From: Antedon mediterranea
Lineage: Eukaryota; Animalia; Echinodermata
DNA: 64,000 bases
NCBI RefSeq assembly: GCF_964355755.1
Contig: NC_092675.1
Location: 30,166,912 to 30,230,911, forward strand
Reading direction: 5' to 3'
Shown here in pieces: positions 1 through 13,683 of the stretch (positions are counted from its first letter, which is position 1; every line of letters begins with the position of its first letter). The notes under the pieces were generated by a model. That model ran no database searches, was not told where the DNA came from, and worked only from the letters and a program-made list of their open reading frames with translations. The position numbers and the translations under genes were made by a program.

Positions 1-834
1 GAACGCCTTTGTCTTAAAATTCCGTCTCCACCCTGCTTTGACGTGATTTCTTTGTTTAACATACCTAGGTCTATTGTTCCATTGTGGCAGTCCAGCAAAC
101 ACATAGTGGTTTTCTAACGTTAGTGTTTGGTTAATGTTTAGGTTCACTATAACCGTTATTTTATTACATTTCTATAACGTAAAAAGAAACATTCAGATAA
201 CGTTTTTAGGTTAGCATTTACAGGATACATAACGCTATAAAAACGGTATTTGAATTTTAAAACTAAAAAAATCAGAAAAAAAAATCAATAAAAACATTAT
301 TAGATAATGCCTCATTTCTATCATTTTATTATACATAACCCTAACCCTTTATTTGTTAATACTGTACTAACTTAATTATTTAGATAGATTTAGATACACA
401 TAGGCGCTAGGCCGGCAAAAGTTATTAAAATAATTATGTTTCAGAACACCAGGTTTATTTCATTGGTACATTATATTTTATCAGTAAACCGTATATTAAA
501 TGCCTGGAATTTTTATCATTTTATTTTATTGATGATCCTCCTTTATCTGCAAAAAAATAAAAACATTATTAGATAGATCTACATTGTTATATAATTATGT
601 AAACATTTTGTATATTCTTAAGTTGTTGGAATTCGATCATGATTAAGTCAATTACAAGGCGGTAGACCGGGAACCAGTCAACTGACAGAAGAGGGCTCTC
701 AATGTCATTTCTATTGACGTACCTGCACACAATATTCATAACCACACACCCCCACTTTAATAATGGAATAACCCTAAAAAAAACTCCGGATCCAAAACGG
801 CAGTTGATCCAGGCTATTATTACAGCTCACCACT

Positions 835-1125
835 AGGCCTACTGACAAATTATATTAGGCCTGGGCCATGTACCCTCTCAATTAGACACGAGTAAGCCAG
901 CTAGGCCTAGCCTAGGTAGGGCGCCTCTCTAGATCTCTACTGCTCTAGCCTCTGGCGGCCCAGAGTCTGGCCTAGTAGCCCTAGCTAGCTAATAATAGTA
1001 GGCCTATTTTTATTAGGCTGGGCCTAGCCTACCTAGGCACACAGAGCTTTTCTTCTAGTAGGCCTAGTATAGTAGTAGGTTATTTATTGGTACTACTTAC
1101 AATCAATAATCTGTCTTAGGCCTAT
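835..1125. repeat. TAGGCCTA/CCTAGG-rich low-complexity island
   Basis: Dense TAGGCCTA, TAGCCTA, CTAG and TAGCTA variants; lies mostly just inside a minus-strand GTAAGT donor (plus-strand acttac, 1095-1100). Confidence 0.8.
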
Positions 1126-1350
1126 ATTTTTTGGATCGAAAATCATTTTAAACATCAAACCTCCCGCTCATTTTTTTCTGAACCGACTGTTTTGTTTTTG
1201 GACGCACAAAAACATCCGCCCTCTGTCGTCCAATCACAAAACACACGACACACCGTACACACACAAATGCACGTACCACCTACGTCTCTCCTCCGATGCA
1301 CCACGATATAGTTTGTGAAAAGAACTGTTGATTTGGCGCCAGTGGACCAC
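1101..1350 (-). promoter_or_regulatory. Probable first exon and promoter of a minus-strand gene running off the left edge
   Basis: GTAAGT donor at 1100, CpG-richer segment, CCAAT (~1230) and E2F-like TTTGGCGCC (~1332); same TAGGCCTA-island context as CWC27 exon 1. No recognisable protein. Confidence 0.35.
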
Positions 1351-1920
1351 GGCAATATAACAGAAATAAAGTCACTAAATGTTTATTTACCTCCGCCAAG
1401 GATTACTCAAAAAGTAATTACTTTATCAAAATGAATATACAATTCCATTAAAATTTGGGACCATTTGGGACCATGGTCCCAATTCTGGACCACTTTTTGA
1501 GTATACTTTTCAGACCTGCTAGTGTTAAAAGATAGGACAGAATTTTTCCAAAAGCCGGCGAGCAGTAAACTGAAAATGCATTTTCTTGAGAACTACTTGT
1601 CAAAAAAACTTCATTTTTGTACAAGAGGCAAGAGTTATAATTTGTGATTTGTAATTTTAAAACATAATTCGATTTGATGTGCACGTTTTTTGATGCGAGT
1701 AGTTTAAAAAACCTATTTCTTTTCAAATTCACTCGTTTGATTTTCGCGTTGCTGTTCTATTGTTAGTCAACTGAAGCTATTGTTAATTGAAAGGCTTGTT
1801 ACATAACCATTACACCAATCTCGCATACACATGCTTAGTGAAATCATGGATTAAAGAATATTCTTTAATCCATGTAATGGTGAAATTAGAGGAAATCACA
1901 AACAGCATTAGACACACATT

Positions 1921-3895
1921 ATGCGATAATACGGCTGTATATTGCGTTGTATCATCTTATAGAGCCATAGTAACCAGTTTTATCGAAAAATAAAAGGCTT
2001 GAAATTTTGCCATTTTTTGAGAAAAAAATCCCTGTACATGGATTTTTTCGAAAAATTCTCAAAATATCCACTTTTTAAAATTCAATTAGTATGCGATAAT
2101 ATGGCTGTATATTGCTTTGTATAATTTTATAGAGCCATAATGCCCAGTTTTGTCGAAAAATAAAGGGGTCAAAATGTTGCCATTTTTGGAAAAAATCCCT
2201 GTAGGCCTACTAAAGGCCTATTAAAACAGCCAGAGTCATTCCCTTATTTAAGAAAGGTTCCAAGGATAATCCTGGACATTATCGACCCATATCAATTTTA
2301 CCAATTCTTAGCAAAATTCTCGAAAAAATTGTAAATAATAGACTTATATATTTCTTTGAAAAGTTTAATATATTTCATCAGCATCAATATAGAAAAATAC
2401 AGCACAAAATTGTCACTTATAAATTTAGTTAACCATCTTCTACAACAATTTGATGATGGAAATAATTCTATTGGCATATTTATAGACTTTATGAAAGCAT
2501 TCGACACGATTAATCATGAAATATTAATATCTAAACTACAACACTATGGAATAAGAGGTCAACCATTATATTGGTTAACCGACTATTTAAAAGGAAGATT
2601 TCAATACGTGGCTGCTGACCAAATTAGTTCTGATAAACTCCCAATCTCATGTGGAGTCCCACAAGGATCAGTATTGGGTCCAACCCTGTTTCTGATCTAC
2701 ATAAATGATATTTCTCATTCTACTAATTTTTTTGAATTTAGGCTGTTTGCAGATGATACTAATTTATTTCATGATTTCTCTGGCAATAATATTGATCTCT
2801 CTATAATTAATTATAATTTTCAACATGTCATTGAATGGTGCAATGCAAACAAATTAACTCTTAACGTTGGTAAAACAAATTATATTGTATTCTGTAACAG
2901 GAATAAAAATGTTTCTACTAACGGTAATATATACGTAAAACATAAACAACTTAATGAAGCAGAAGAAGTAATGTTTGTTGTTGTTATGATTGATAAACAT
3001 TTAATTTGGAATAGTCATATTAATGATGTTAAAAACAATAAAAAGGCAGGCATTTTATTTAAACTAAGATATGTTGTACCCACAAATATATTAATCTTAT
3101 TATATAAAATGTTTATTCAACCAAGTATCACTTATGGCATAGAAGTTTGGGGTAGCACGTATAAAACATATTTACAACCTATTTGTGTCATTCGAAAAAT
3201 GTGTATGCGGTGTATAACTTTTTCTGATTTTAATGCTTCGTCATCTCCAATATTTAAGCAACTTAATATTCTAGATGTTCATAAACTATACGAATTATGT
3301 GTACTTAATTTTGTTTTTGATTTATATAATAGAAACTCTGCACATCAAATCAGTTATTATTTTAGTACAGTTGATCATTTACGAACTACTAGATTTAAAC
3401 AAGGTAAAAACCTATCTATCCCAAAAGCCCGTACTATGGCATGTCAATTTAGAATTTCGTTTACTGGCACAAAATTTTAGAATAATTTATCAGTCGACAT
3501 AAAAAATAATACATCAAAAATTAATTTCGTAAAAAATATAACTGAACTACTATTATCGAGATACTGATTAATGCTGGCCCACCTCTTTCTTTTGTCATTA
3601 TTGTGGGTTTTTTTTTTTACATTATTGTATAATCATATTATCAAAATCGTTTGCACTGAACAGTATTATATTTGTTAATCAGGTGTAAACCATTGACTAG
3701 CGAAAGCTATTTGTTTATACCGTTTTGCCTTTGGTGAATAAAGAATTATGAAAATAGTACATGGATTTTTTTTCGAAAAATGGCCAAAATATCCGCTTTT
3801 TAAAATTCAATTAGTATGCGATAATATGGCTGTATATTGTTTTGTGTCATCTTATAGAGCCATAATGACGAGTTTTATCGAAAAATAAAAGGGTC
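1921..3895 (+). repeat. ~170-bp tandem repeat (3 units) interrupted by a LINE
   Basis: atgcgataat...gctgtatattg...atagagccat...cgaaaaataaa at 1921, 2091 and 3816; unit 2 breaks at 2203 and resumes at 3757. Confidence 0.85.
2222..3756 (+). mobile_element. 5'-truncated CR1/L2-group LINE (reverse transcriptase remnant)
   Basis: KTARVIPLFKKG..YRPISILPILSKILEK (2224-2350, other frame), then ORF 2356-3480 with FIDFMKAFDTINH, GVPQGSVLGPTLFLIYINDI and LFADDT; frameshifted; 3' UTR with stem-loop ~3685-3720. Confidence 0.93.
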
Positions 3896-3899
3896 GACG

Positions 3900-4160
3900 C
3901 TTTTATTTGTTGACATAATTCTCATGACAGCCACAATTTAGGCAGTCACCTTTTCGGCAAATCTTGCAAAACTTGTTTATTGGTTGACTCTACTGAAACA
4001 TTTAAGAGTAACCAAACTAGCCGCAATTATCGGATAAGACAATCAATTAATTGTCTAACTAAAAACGTCATTTGTCTCGTATACTCTAATATTTTGGGTA
4101 AACAGATGTCGGGGAAACAAAAAACACGCTCCGTATTAGAATGACACCACACAGATACAC
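3900..4160 (+). mobile_element. Penelope-like element fragment (Neptune-type Cys linker plus GIY-YIG start), decayed
   Basis: Translates as GKSCKTCLLVDSTETFKSNQTSRNYRIRQSINCLTKNVI...GKQ/VGETKNTLRIRM with frameshifts. Confidence 0.75.
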
Positions 4161-4950
4161 TGTCGTTTGTGAATTTGGTATAAGGATGTCAATGGGCATT
4201 CCATGGTGGTAAAATTAGGTGGTATATCTCTCGTCTATCTGGTACAATTTTTAAGCAGCTTTCGTGGTCCCCCGGGTCTATACGCAGCGGAGCTACCCGA
4301 CAGACTCACATTTTCTTTAACTTCAGGTAACGCCCTACAAAAAAAAACATAGTCAGATATTGGTACCTAGTTCATCCAACAAATGTCTCTGGGCTGCCTG
4401 TCTACTATGATAATTATAATTTAAATAGGCCTACTATCTTGGCTTTTACTTGGTTGTTTTTTTGTGATTCGAAATAAAAGCATTATCTTATTTGATATAT
4501 ATTTATTTCACATAGGTTAAACAGTATATGAAATTGACAATTACCTACACCATACATTTGAATATCTTACAGCTCTTCAGAATTAAATGTGACCTTGAAG
4601 ATTATAAATTATTATGAAAGCTGATGAAATGTAGATATGAATTCATATAAAAAATAAGCCTATCGGATGTTGCGAAGTTATCATATGGCCAGTTGAAGTT
4701 AAAAAGTAGTTTTTAAATTTCTTTAGTCAAAGTTATACACATTTCAAAGAGCGCGCATTGCGCTTCTACGTGCCAAATTTTCTTCCAATTCTTATATTTA
4801 TTTGCTCAATTTACATCAGGAGGTCTATTAATCCACTTTTTTTTTTAAATAGATAACGTTATCATGAAAACGATGTTTCATGACCCGACCAACTCTTTTA
4901 AGTTTTAATGGAAGATTCCCGTCAAAACTACTTTTAGAAATCAATTAGCT

Positions 4951-5000
4951 AAATCAATGCATATAACCTATAATTCGTCATAGTGACGAATTAAATCTAG
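4951..5000 (+). mobile_element. Helitron-type 3' terminus (hairpin + CTAG), copy 1
   Basis: aattcgtca-tag-tgacgaatt hairpin then aaatCTAG|T; identical ~50 bp at 20165-20214. Confidence 0.7.
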
Positions 5001-5099
5001 TTAGTACTAGGCCTATAATAATTAGTGTTTATTTATTTTCAAAGAAGTATATAGGACGTTTTAGGACGACTTGAAATTACATATTGTTTTCTGACTGTT

Positions 5100-5900
5100 A
5101 ATACCTATAGGCCTACACATTACATATTAATACCAAGAAAATGCAAATGTGATCACTAAATACAAAGTTATTAGGAAAAATGTAACCCCTTACCCTATAC
5201 AACAAATTACTATTAACGGACAAAATGTCCTCATAAATTCACAGAATATTTGTTTGTTTAAATTTCAATTTTCTTGTTCATTGTGTCTATACATTTTGAA
5301 AAACATTAGCGTAAGATCTCATATATTTTTGTGTTTAAAATTGACATTTATAAGCTAAATTAGAAGAAATTGCATTTTTGATTAAAGGTCAGTGACCATT
5401 TGACCTCTAAAGATGTCAATAAATGCTGGATTTATTCTTTAAAAGTATATACAATACACTACATACGGATAGCAAGAAAATGCAAATCTCTGTAAAAGTT
5501 ATTCGCAAAAATGTTACACCTTAGGGGGTATACCCCATAATTGTAAACGATTACAAATTACTAAAAACAACAAACTTCTTCATAATACACAGCATATTCA
5601 TATTTTGTTAATCTTTAACTTCAATTTTCTTGTTTATTGGGTCTATATGTTCATGAAAACATCAGTTTGCATAAGCTATATCGTATTTTTTTGTTAAAAA
5701 CTGAAATTTATATGTTAATATTAGAAAAAAATCCTTTTTCAAAATAAAGTTCAATGACCTTCTGACCTGTAATGGCGTCATTAATTGTTAGATTTACACT
5801 TGAGCAGTCTATACACTACATATTGATACCAAGAAAATGCAAATCTGTTTATTAAATCCCGAGTTATTAGCAAAAGTGTTACCCCCTACCCCAACATTTC
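5100..5900 (+). repeat. Degenerate ~350-bp tandem repeat (2-3 units)
   Basis: caagaaaatgcaaat...agttatt...aaatgt(t)ac at ~5133, ~5473 and ~5830, with matching internal blocks. Confidence 0.7.
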
Positions 5901-6088
5901 GTGTTGCATACCGTATTTTCCGTAGGCGGTGTATATAATCCTCAAAAATAACTATTAAGCTGTACAATTGGCATTGCTATCATAGATTTCTGAATAATAA
6001 TAATGAGAATAATATAGCCAATTACTATTATAATCGTCATAATCATAAACGATAACAAAGTATAAGACAGGAAACAAGGTACACGTGT

Positions 6089-6885
6089 TTAAGTACAAAT
6101 AAGTGATAATACGATTCTTATATATTCTGTAATAATAATTTGAGGAGGATGAATGTTGTCACCTACACGGTGATTGTTGGTCATGTCCCAAACATCTATA
6201 ATATACAGGTTAGGGATATCGGCCATCATCGTACGCATTTCTCCATCTAACTGCATTGCCAACCAATCACCCACATTAACAGCGCCGACCGCACCACGAT
6301 AAGATCTTGTGTTAGCGCTTTTCATAAAAACTATCGTTTTTGGACTACGTTGATACAAACGAAGAAGAGCATTTTTAATGTTTTTCAGTCGACGTAAGTA
6401 AAATTGCAAACTCGTTGCTTCAAAATGAGCAAACAAACAAACAAAAATGATGGTATTTTGATCAGCATTGATGTCGTCAATCTCATTAGCTGTATACTTT
6501 ATATCATCTACGCGCATTGTTCTTGCACGTATTGGATATGAGTGAATTCTGAAGAAAAACGTCATGTTATACTTTGTACTGTTCGCGTACAAAGGCCCAG
6601 TGTACTTAGTGGCACCAGCCGTGTATTTTTGGCTGGTAGCGTTCTCAACCTTAGAAACAAAGTATTCATACCACTGTCGAATTGTAGAGTCTCCAAAAAA
6701 ATATAATCTTTTGTGTTGTAAACATCCCGATGATAGAGCTGTCTGGACTGTTATATTCTTTAGTGTACATTCGTTGGAGTACCATTTGTCTTTGAAATAA
6801 AATCCTGCGGCTAATTTCCTTTCCACTTTGAACTTATTATTTCGTCGGCACTCACTTGATGATTCTATACACAATGTTCTCTCAT
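6089..6885 (-). CDS. NXPE3: NXPE family member (NXPE3-like SGNH/PC-esterase domain), last coding exon
   Basis: FFGDSTIRQW (GDS) and DVWDMT...DNIHPP (DxxH) motifs; acceptor taaag|AT at 6885, phase 1, joins the 50-nt exon in frame. Spliced product is 568 aa. Confidence 0.9.
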
Positions 6886-7050
6886 CTTTAATGACAAAAT
6901 AAAATAGTATTAAAATATTAAATATAATTTAATTGATATTTGAATGCCAATTCTCTCAGGGCACTGGTACAATATACACGCATAAATAAATATTACATAA
7001 AGTATCCTTAGATTTAACGTAATTAAATATAATATCTAGCAGTTAATACT

Positions 7051-8658
7051 ATTCTGCCCCACCAAGGCAAAGTATGGGACAACATGATAGTTTTAAGTAA
7101 TCAATTCAAAACGTGTTTTTGCACTAGTCGTTCTTAATGGTGAAATGTGTTTATATGGACATATGTGATTTTTATAGGTAATTTTGAGACTATTCCAGGT
7201 ATAATAATAAAAAGTGTTATTTTAGCTCAAAATGTCCCTTACTTCCAATTCTGCTTTGGTATTATGTTGAACAAAACCATATTGAAAGGAAGCAAATCCA
7301 CAATAATTATAGTAAATCATGGTCACATGGAAAATAAAATTATAAATTTATGGTAAGCAGTGTTCACTACATTAATTATTACTCAAAACCAGTATATCAA
7401 ACTTTGATTTACATAAAATAGACATAAACATAATTACTTGAAAACTCTCTTGAAATTTGGTTTTTTTTTTCGCTCTAGAAAATATTTCATACCCCAAAAT
7501 GTTAATTATTAACCCAAAATACATGCAAATATTTCTCAATCATCATAATTACTATATCTTGCAATGAATATGATGCTTTTATTGATTTTTTTATTGATTT
7601 AAGAATAAAAGAAAAAAACAGGGACAATGTAATTAATTGTTTTTAGCAATAAGACTAGGCGAGGTCCTGAGTGCTACAAATAGTACAAAAAACTACAATA
7701 CAAAAATAATACTGTTATCCCTAACGCTTGTTATTTTAAAACAGTTTCAGTCACAACACAAATTGAATGGTTAAAAATGTTGCATGGTAGTAACAAATAT
7801 ATACGATGAAATAAAATTTCGGACTTTTAATGATTTGTAACAATTTCTTTGATTTTTCAATGTTTTTTCATTTTCATATTAGTACTTTATCTAATTCCAT
7901 TTTAATATAAGATGTTCTTTTAATGTACAATTTAGCCTTGGCTACAATGTAAATCTTTGTTTTATTGAATAAAACCCTTCAATGAAAACAAAAATGTAAT
8001 AAACATAAAATATTTCTACACATTTTGGAAATCGTGTGCTTCATCCCTTGTAGTCGTTTACAATTTGTGATTTGTGTTTCTGTACTGTTTTATTTTATAA
8101 TTCTACTTTTACTTGATATATTTCAACCTAAATACCGGCCAATGTTTAATTGAAAATTGTCATGATCCATTACCTAATATCTACGCTGTCTGTAAACTTT
8201 TATTTTAATACTGTATAATTATAATTTCAGATTCCAACATTTTATTTATTTGAAGCAACACTCTGTAGTCTATGAAAACAAATGCATACAATCATAAATT
8301 AAAACATTTGTTGGTATTTTGGTTAGAATCATCTTTATTTTGGATTAACTTCTGCAGTAATGGTTTAATCAATGGATTGGAAAAAGATACTTCCAAAGAC
8401 GTCAGCCATAATACTGCAATCTGATTGGCTACCGCCTACACAATGATACAAGCTTGTTCTATACTTCCTTTGCCTTGGTTTTATTGTCAAAAAGTGGACA
8501 TATATCCTAATTATGATATCAATATCTTGCTTAATATAATGTTTCTGGCAATGATTTTTAGTTTAAAATGTGCAGAATGATGTCCTAAATCATGAACAAT
8601 CCATAAATAATTTGTGAAAAATTGTCCCATACTTCTTTTTGCCTTGGTGGGGCAGAAT
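7051..8658. mobile_element. Non-autonomous TIR DNA element filling most of NXPE intron 3
   Basis: attctgccccaccaaggcaaa...agtatgggacaa at 7051, inverted as ttgtcccatact...tttgccttggtggggcagaat ending 8658; no ORF; TSD not clear. Confidence 0.8.
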
Positions 8659-8695
8659 TGCTTTTTAAGAATTGAGACTCAGCCAGCAAACTTAC

Positions 8696-8745
8696 TTGAT
8701 TCATTTACGTATATTTTCTTGACACCTATGAACTTCTTCTGATAC
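8696..8745 (-). CDS. NXPE3: NXPE family member, 50-nt internal exon (not in ORF track)
   Basis: tttag|G TAT CAG...TCA A|gtaag; phase 2 in and phase 1 out match both neighbouring exons; encodes (R)YQKKFIGVKKIYVNES(N). Confidence 0.8.
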
Positions 8746-9247
8746 CTAAAACATAAAAGATTTCCCTCATACATAGTGATCGTAATAGTTTATTTATTGT
8801 ATTATCGTATAAAAAATTAAAATTAGATTTTTATAGTGACATTAAATTATTGTAATTGTATATAGAATTTAACTTGTAAATATTACCACTTTATTGAATG
8901 AATGTATATATAATTAAACTAAATAATGTTCATTATTTATTTTAATTGTTATTACTAAAGGTAGTTCGCTTCGCTCATTCCCCCCTCTAGGAAGTGTAGA
9001 CGATGGTTCTCGGAATGATAATGACTCAGGTAAAAAGGTTTTAAAAGTTCTCCTTGTACGTTTTCTGTCGGTTACCATTATTGAAAATTCTTTACATTCG
9101 TAAAAAAACTAAACTTACTCTGTTTCACAAAATAACATTTTAAAGTATAGTGTTTATTGTTTGGTAGGGCCCTTATAGGGCGGAGGTGGGGAGGCGGAGT
9201 TCATTTGAGGGAGGTGCTTATTCGATGGATATGTTACATTTTTTTGA

Positions 9248-9516
9248 GTGGGGTTGGTGAGCATCATGCCAAAATACGCAAAAAAATTGCCAAAATACGC
9301 AAATTGAGGGCGCTATGCTTTGCCAAAATACGCAAATCATGCCAAAATACGCAAATTGAGGGGAGTGGGGTTGTTGGTGAGCATCATGCCAAAATGCGCA
9401 ATAAAATTGCCAAATACGCAAATTGAGGGCGCTATGCTTTGCCAAAATACGCAAATCATGCCAAAATACGCAAATTGAGGGCGCTATGCTTTGCCAAAAT
9501 ACGCAAATCATGCCAA
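9248..9516 (+). repeat. Modular short tandem repeat (gccaaaatacgcaaa + ttgagggcgctatgcttt / tcat)
   Basis: About 10 copies of gccaaaatacgcaaa with alternating linkers. Confidence 0.9.
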
Positions 9517-9599
9517 GAATTCCCGTTCATCAGCAATAAGTTTCAGGGCTAAAAATAAATTATAATAAAAGCAAAATATATGAGAATAGGTTCATTCAG

Positions 9600-10640
9600 A
9601 AAATCTACATTCAAATCAGATACCTTATATGATTTGATATGGACAAATGAACCCATTCGTTATCTTGGTATAACCATCTCAACAGATAAAACACGATTTT
9701 TGAATTAAATTTTCCAGATAAAGGACAATTTCTGGTTCATTAAATGAGTTCTACTCACAGAGTATTTGGTACAAATCCCATTTAACACATTGTTGTCTTT
9801 TAATACCACACTTTTCAGAGAAGGTTTGAAATAGGTTTGACATGTTTGATGATAATAGGAAAATATATTCGCTAAAGAAACTACAAAAAAGCAAGGGGCT
9901 TAAAATACATTTATGGATTATTTTTGAATAGTTTTACGTCTATTCCTAAAAAATGGAAACATATAGAACAGCAAAATACATAATAATAGTAACACTCGTG
10001 ACAATTTTAAAATAAAGAAAATGCGAACAAATCGAACATGTCATCTAGTATATAGACAACCACAGAAAAGGAAATGAAAATTGGTATACCTATAGGTATG
10101 CAAAAATGGGAAGAAAACTTACATATTAAAGTTGAATGGGAAAGTGTATTCATGAGATTGCATACTTGTACTATAAATTTTAAATTAAAGCTTCAACATG
10201 CATGAATACCTAATAACCAGACAAGAACGTATCTTTGTTACGTTTTTTTTTCAACAATAGGTTAGTAGTACCGTATAATAATCACACTTTGATTGAATAG
10301 CGAGGAATTAGTTACAGTGTTGACTTTGAATAAACCATTAGAATTTACTGAAAATCAAAAATGAAAAAAATTATAAAATCAATATCAAAGAAACGCTCTA
10401 CTACAATTCCCACATGAATTGTCTTTTAATACCACACTTTTCAGAGAAGGTTTGAAATTTATGTTTGACATGTTTGATGATAATAGGAAAATATATTCGC
10501 TAAATGAACTACAAAAAAGCAAGGGGTTTAAAATACATTTTATGGATTATTTTTGAATAGTTTTACGTCTATTCCATATAGAACAGAAAAATAAAAAAAG
10601 AGGAAAATTATTCAAAGATCAAAGAAACGCTCTACTACAA
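9600..10640 (+). mobile_element. Decayed L1/Tx1-like LINE fragment with internal duplication
   Basis: WTNEPIRYLGITIS (~9640) and KWEENLHIKVEWESVFMRLHTCTINFKLKLQ (~10105); 9795-9946 is repeated at 10420-10575. Confidence 0.6.
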
Positions 10641-11044
10641 ATGAGAAATAGATGTCAGTCGATAAACTTCTGACGACGACTGAAACAACGACAATCAGCT
10701 AAATATATTCGTGATTTTATTTCATCTCTGGCTTGTTACATTATCATGACACATTACCAGACTCCCCCTCCTCTCGCAATGAACGGCAGTACAGATCTTC
10801 CCTATCTAGGTTTGTGTATGTAGCCTACTACAGTCACAAATTATCCACGCATAGTAGTGTTACTAGCTCCATCACAGATTACCTCTAATGGATCAAGCAT
10901 TCACACCTGAACTTTGCGTCAAAAAAAAAAATTCATTGGCAAACGAAATAGCCAATATTCATTCATTTTAAATATTGAGTATATTGCCAAGGCTAATAAT
11001 CGATTTGTCCATAATTATTGCGTTTTGTCATGAGTTTTCCTTAA

Positions 11045-11638
11045 AGCTCAGGTACAGGCATACATTTTAAATATAATATCTGGTAAATTGTACATAAATC
11101 AAATATTTGTAACAGAAATCAAGACAAAAAAACATGAATTTCCCCTAATATGGTCAAATACAAAATTTGGTAAAATTCTGCCAAAAAAACTAGGAAGACT
11201 TTTTTTCAGTAGTTAGGTAGTTAACATAATGTAATAACATGTCTGGTGACTCCCTAGAAGGTGAAAAAAGATAGTGGATATACGGTGGATAATTTTTGCT
11301 ATAGCATGAAAATAAAATTCTGAAGTTGAATAAAAATACCAGAAATGTAAAATTCAAGTTATATTACCTATATTTAGTCATCTGATAACATTTTTTACCA
11401 CACCATTTATTTTTCATAGCTTTTTAAAATGCCTCTCTATTTTCAAAATTTGTGTACAAAAGAATAGAGATTTTACTGTGTAATTTGAACTATCCCCCCA
11501 CTGATAAGATAGTGCTAATTTTCAAAAAGCTTGTGTAACACAAATAAAATCCCAAAAATTATGAAACATAGGGGAAACTATAGATCGACAATTATTGGAA
11601 TGTATGATCAATAGAAATTTTTTGCCCGCACCTGGCCT
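11045..11638. mobile_element. Kolobok-type MITE, copy 1 (TTAA TSD)
   Basis: ttaa|agctcaggtacaggca ... tgcccgcacctggcct|ttaa; inverted homologous copy at 34932-35502. Confidence 0.8.
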
Positions 11639-12582
11639 TTAATCTAAGGCCAATTTTTAGGCCAAATCATAACTGTGCGTATAGTTTTTGCATTTCCGAT
11701 GCGTGTAGTTCCCTATTTATCTTCATTTCCTTACGTCCGTAAATATTAGGCCGAATTTCCATAGTAATTTATGGACGTTCCGAAATTTTGTGTTATACCG
11801 GTAGCAGAGCAAAGTTTGCTTCTTTCTGCAAATGTCCTTATCATTATTAATGTCTTTGGAGTGTGGTTTAAACAAAACGTTTGTAAAGTTCATAGTGGAT
11901 ATATAAAATTGTTGAAATTGTGGTTTTAACATCTGACTGTATTTTTTATTTAGCATTTAATTCAAAATAACACAATTTAACGTTTTGCGCAATATATTTA
12001 TAGCAGCAGCTTCATATTTTTTGTATAACTTAATAATAATTATTACTTGATAATTAATTTACAGTAATTGAGTACAGTTATTACAATGTATTACCGTACC
12101 AGAAGTACCTTCATCGAGGACTTCCCCGTGACGTTCGCATTGAACGAAAAAAAAAGTTATCCTATATTGTTAGTCGCGTATGTTTTATTACCGGCGGAAT
12201 AATATAGGTTACAATCCTCTGTTTTCTAGCGCACTATAGATTGAGTGAAATTTGCGGCGAACTAGAGATGCAATTTATCATGAATTTTACGTGCGAGAGT
12301 ACCCTTTGCGGCCATCTAGAGGTGTCATTTATCAATTTGAGTCTTTGGGAAACCCCTCTTAAAATAGCCATGCGACCGCCCCTGGGCATATTCAACAAAC
12401 TTTCTTTAATGTTTCATTAATTGTTTTTTTTGTTGCGGGGCTGTGTTAATTGCAATTTGAATACTGTTTATTCTTTTTTTAGAGATACTATGACAGTATA
12501 ATACATTTTTACTAATACTAATTTAGCTTGGTGCAATATTATTATTATCACTAAAAATCTCTTTTGAAGTATTTAAATTTAC

Positions 12583-13340
12583 CTGAAAAAGAGTGACTCT
12601 GTTGGTTTAAAAACTGCCGCGGTCTCTCTCCCTCCTAAGTGTTTGTTACCTCGATGGTAAGTGTATGCAGAACATGGCATATTACTTGGTTTTTGACAAA
12701 ACCATGGCTCACCAGTTCGTTTATCTGTGTAGTTACATGTGTGTTTAGAAGAAGGTTCCACATGACAACGGACAACTTTCTTGAGTTTTCCAGCTACAAA
12801 TGTTCCATCATACACATACCGAGTGGGCTTAACTTTACGTACACGATTCATAACTTCAATTGCTTCTCTGCTGTCTATTAACATTACACCAATAGCTATT
12901 TCGCCACTCCATCTTAGTGTAAAGAATGCACTGTAAGAACCATTATTATAATCAACAATCATTCCATCAGTTGTCCCACTTGCTAATAAACCAGTAGTAT
13001 ACATTTTGGCCCGGAAATAATCCCCACCCTCCGTTTTGTTTCGTTTGAACTGATCCATTGCTTGGATTACAACGTGTATTTTATCACACAAGTTATAGGT
13101 TTGTTGCAGATTTTGAATACGGAAATAACTAGTTGAAGGATGTGTAAATGGCTTTTCAGTTTGATGTTGGTCTGTAACATTAATAGATGAAAGTTCTGTA
13201 TTAACCTTTACAACAGATCGTGTACAACATTCTGGTTTAATAGTAGAATTCTTAATACCAATGCTGTTTTCTGAGACACCTTTAGTGACGTTTGGATGAA
13301 ATGACAAGAACAGTGCTGGACGAGGATAGTTGTATTTAAC
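12583..13340 (-). CDS. NXPE3: NXPE family member, exon 2 (neurexophilin/Ig-like region)
   Basis: GGDYFRAK, DYNNGSYSAFFTLRWSG and TGEPWFCQKP NXPE motifs; acceptor cacag|GTT at 13340, donor AG|gtaaat at 12583. Confidence 0.9.
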
Positions 13341-13683
13341 CTGTGGAGATCAAGTAGTTTTTCTGAAATTTAGTTTAGTGAATGTGAATTCAAGTGTTTG
13401 GCCAAATTGTTTCAATGTACATTATACTGTATTCAGAATAATAATAATGTCCTGTTAAATAAATAAGTTGTATGTTAAATCAACTAAACTAGTTTAACGA
13501 ATAACTTGTTATAATGAGGAAAATATATTACTCGTCTTTGTTATAGCGGTGCAAAAGTCATTTTTAAAACCCAGTAAAGACAGAATGGCTAAAACATTTT
13601 CAATTGATATTCAAAGGTCCACCTGACCACTAGGGCGTTCATGGTACAGTTCGAACCCGATTGGATAACGACTCTTTAACATT

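Noticed and set aside
9157-9511. Overlapping repeat-rich ORFs on both strands
   Set aside because: Products of the modular tandem repeat inside an NXPE intron.
10668-10700. ctgacga...gaaac hammerhead-like motif
   Set aside because: No stem II and no matching stem I or cleavage triplet.
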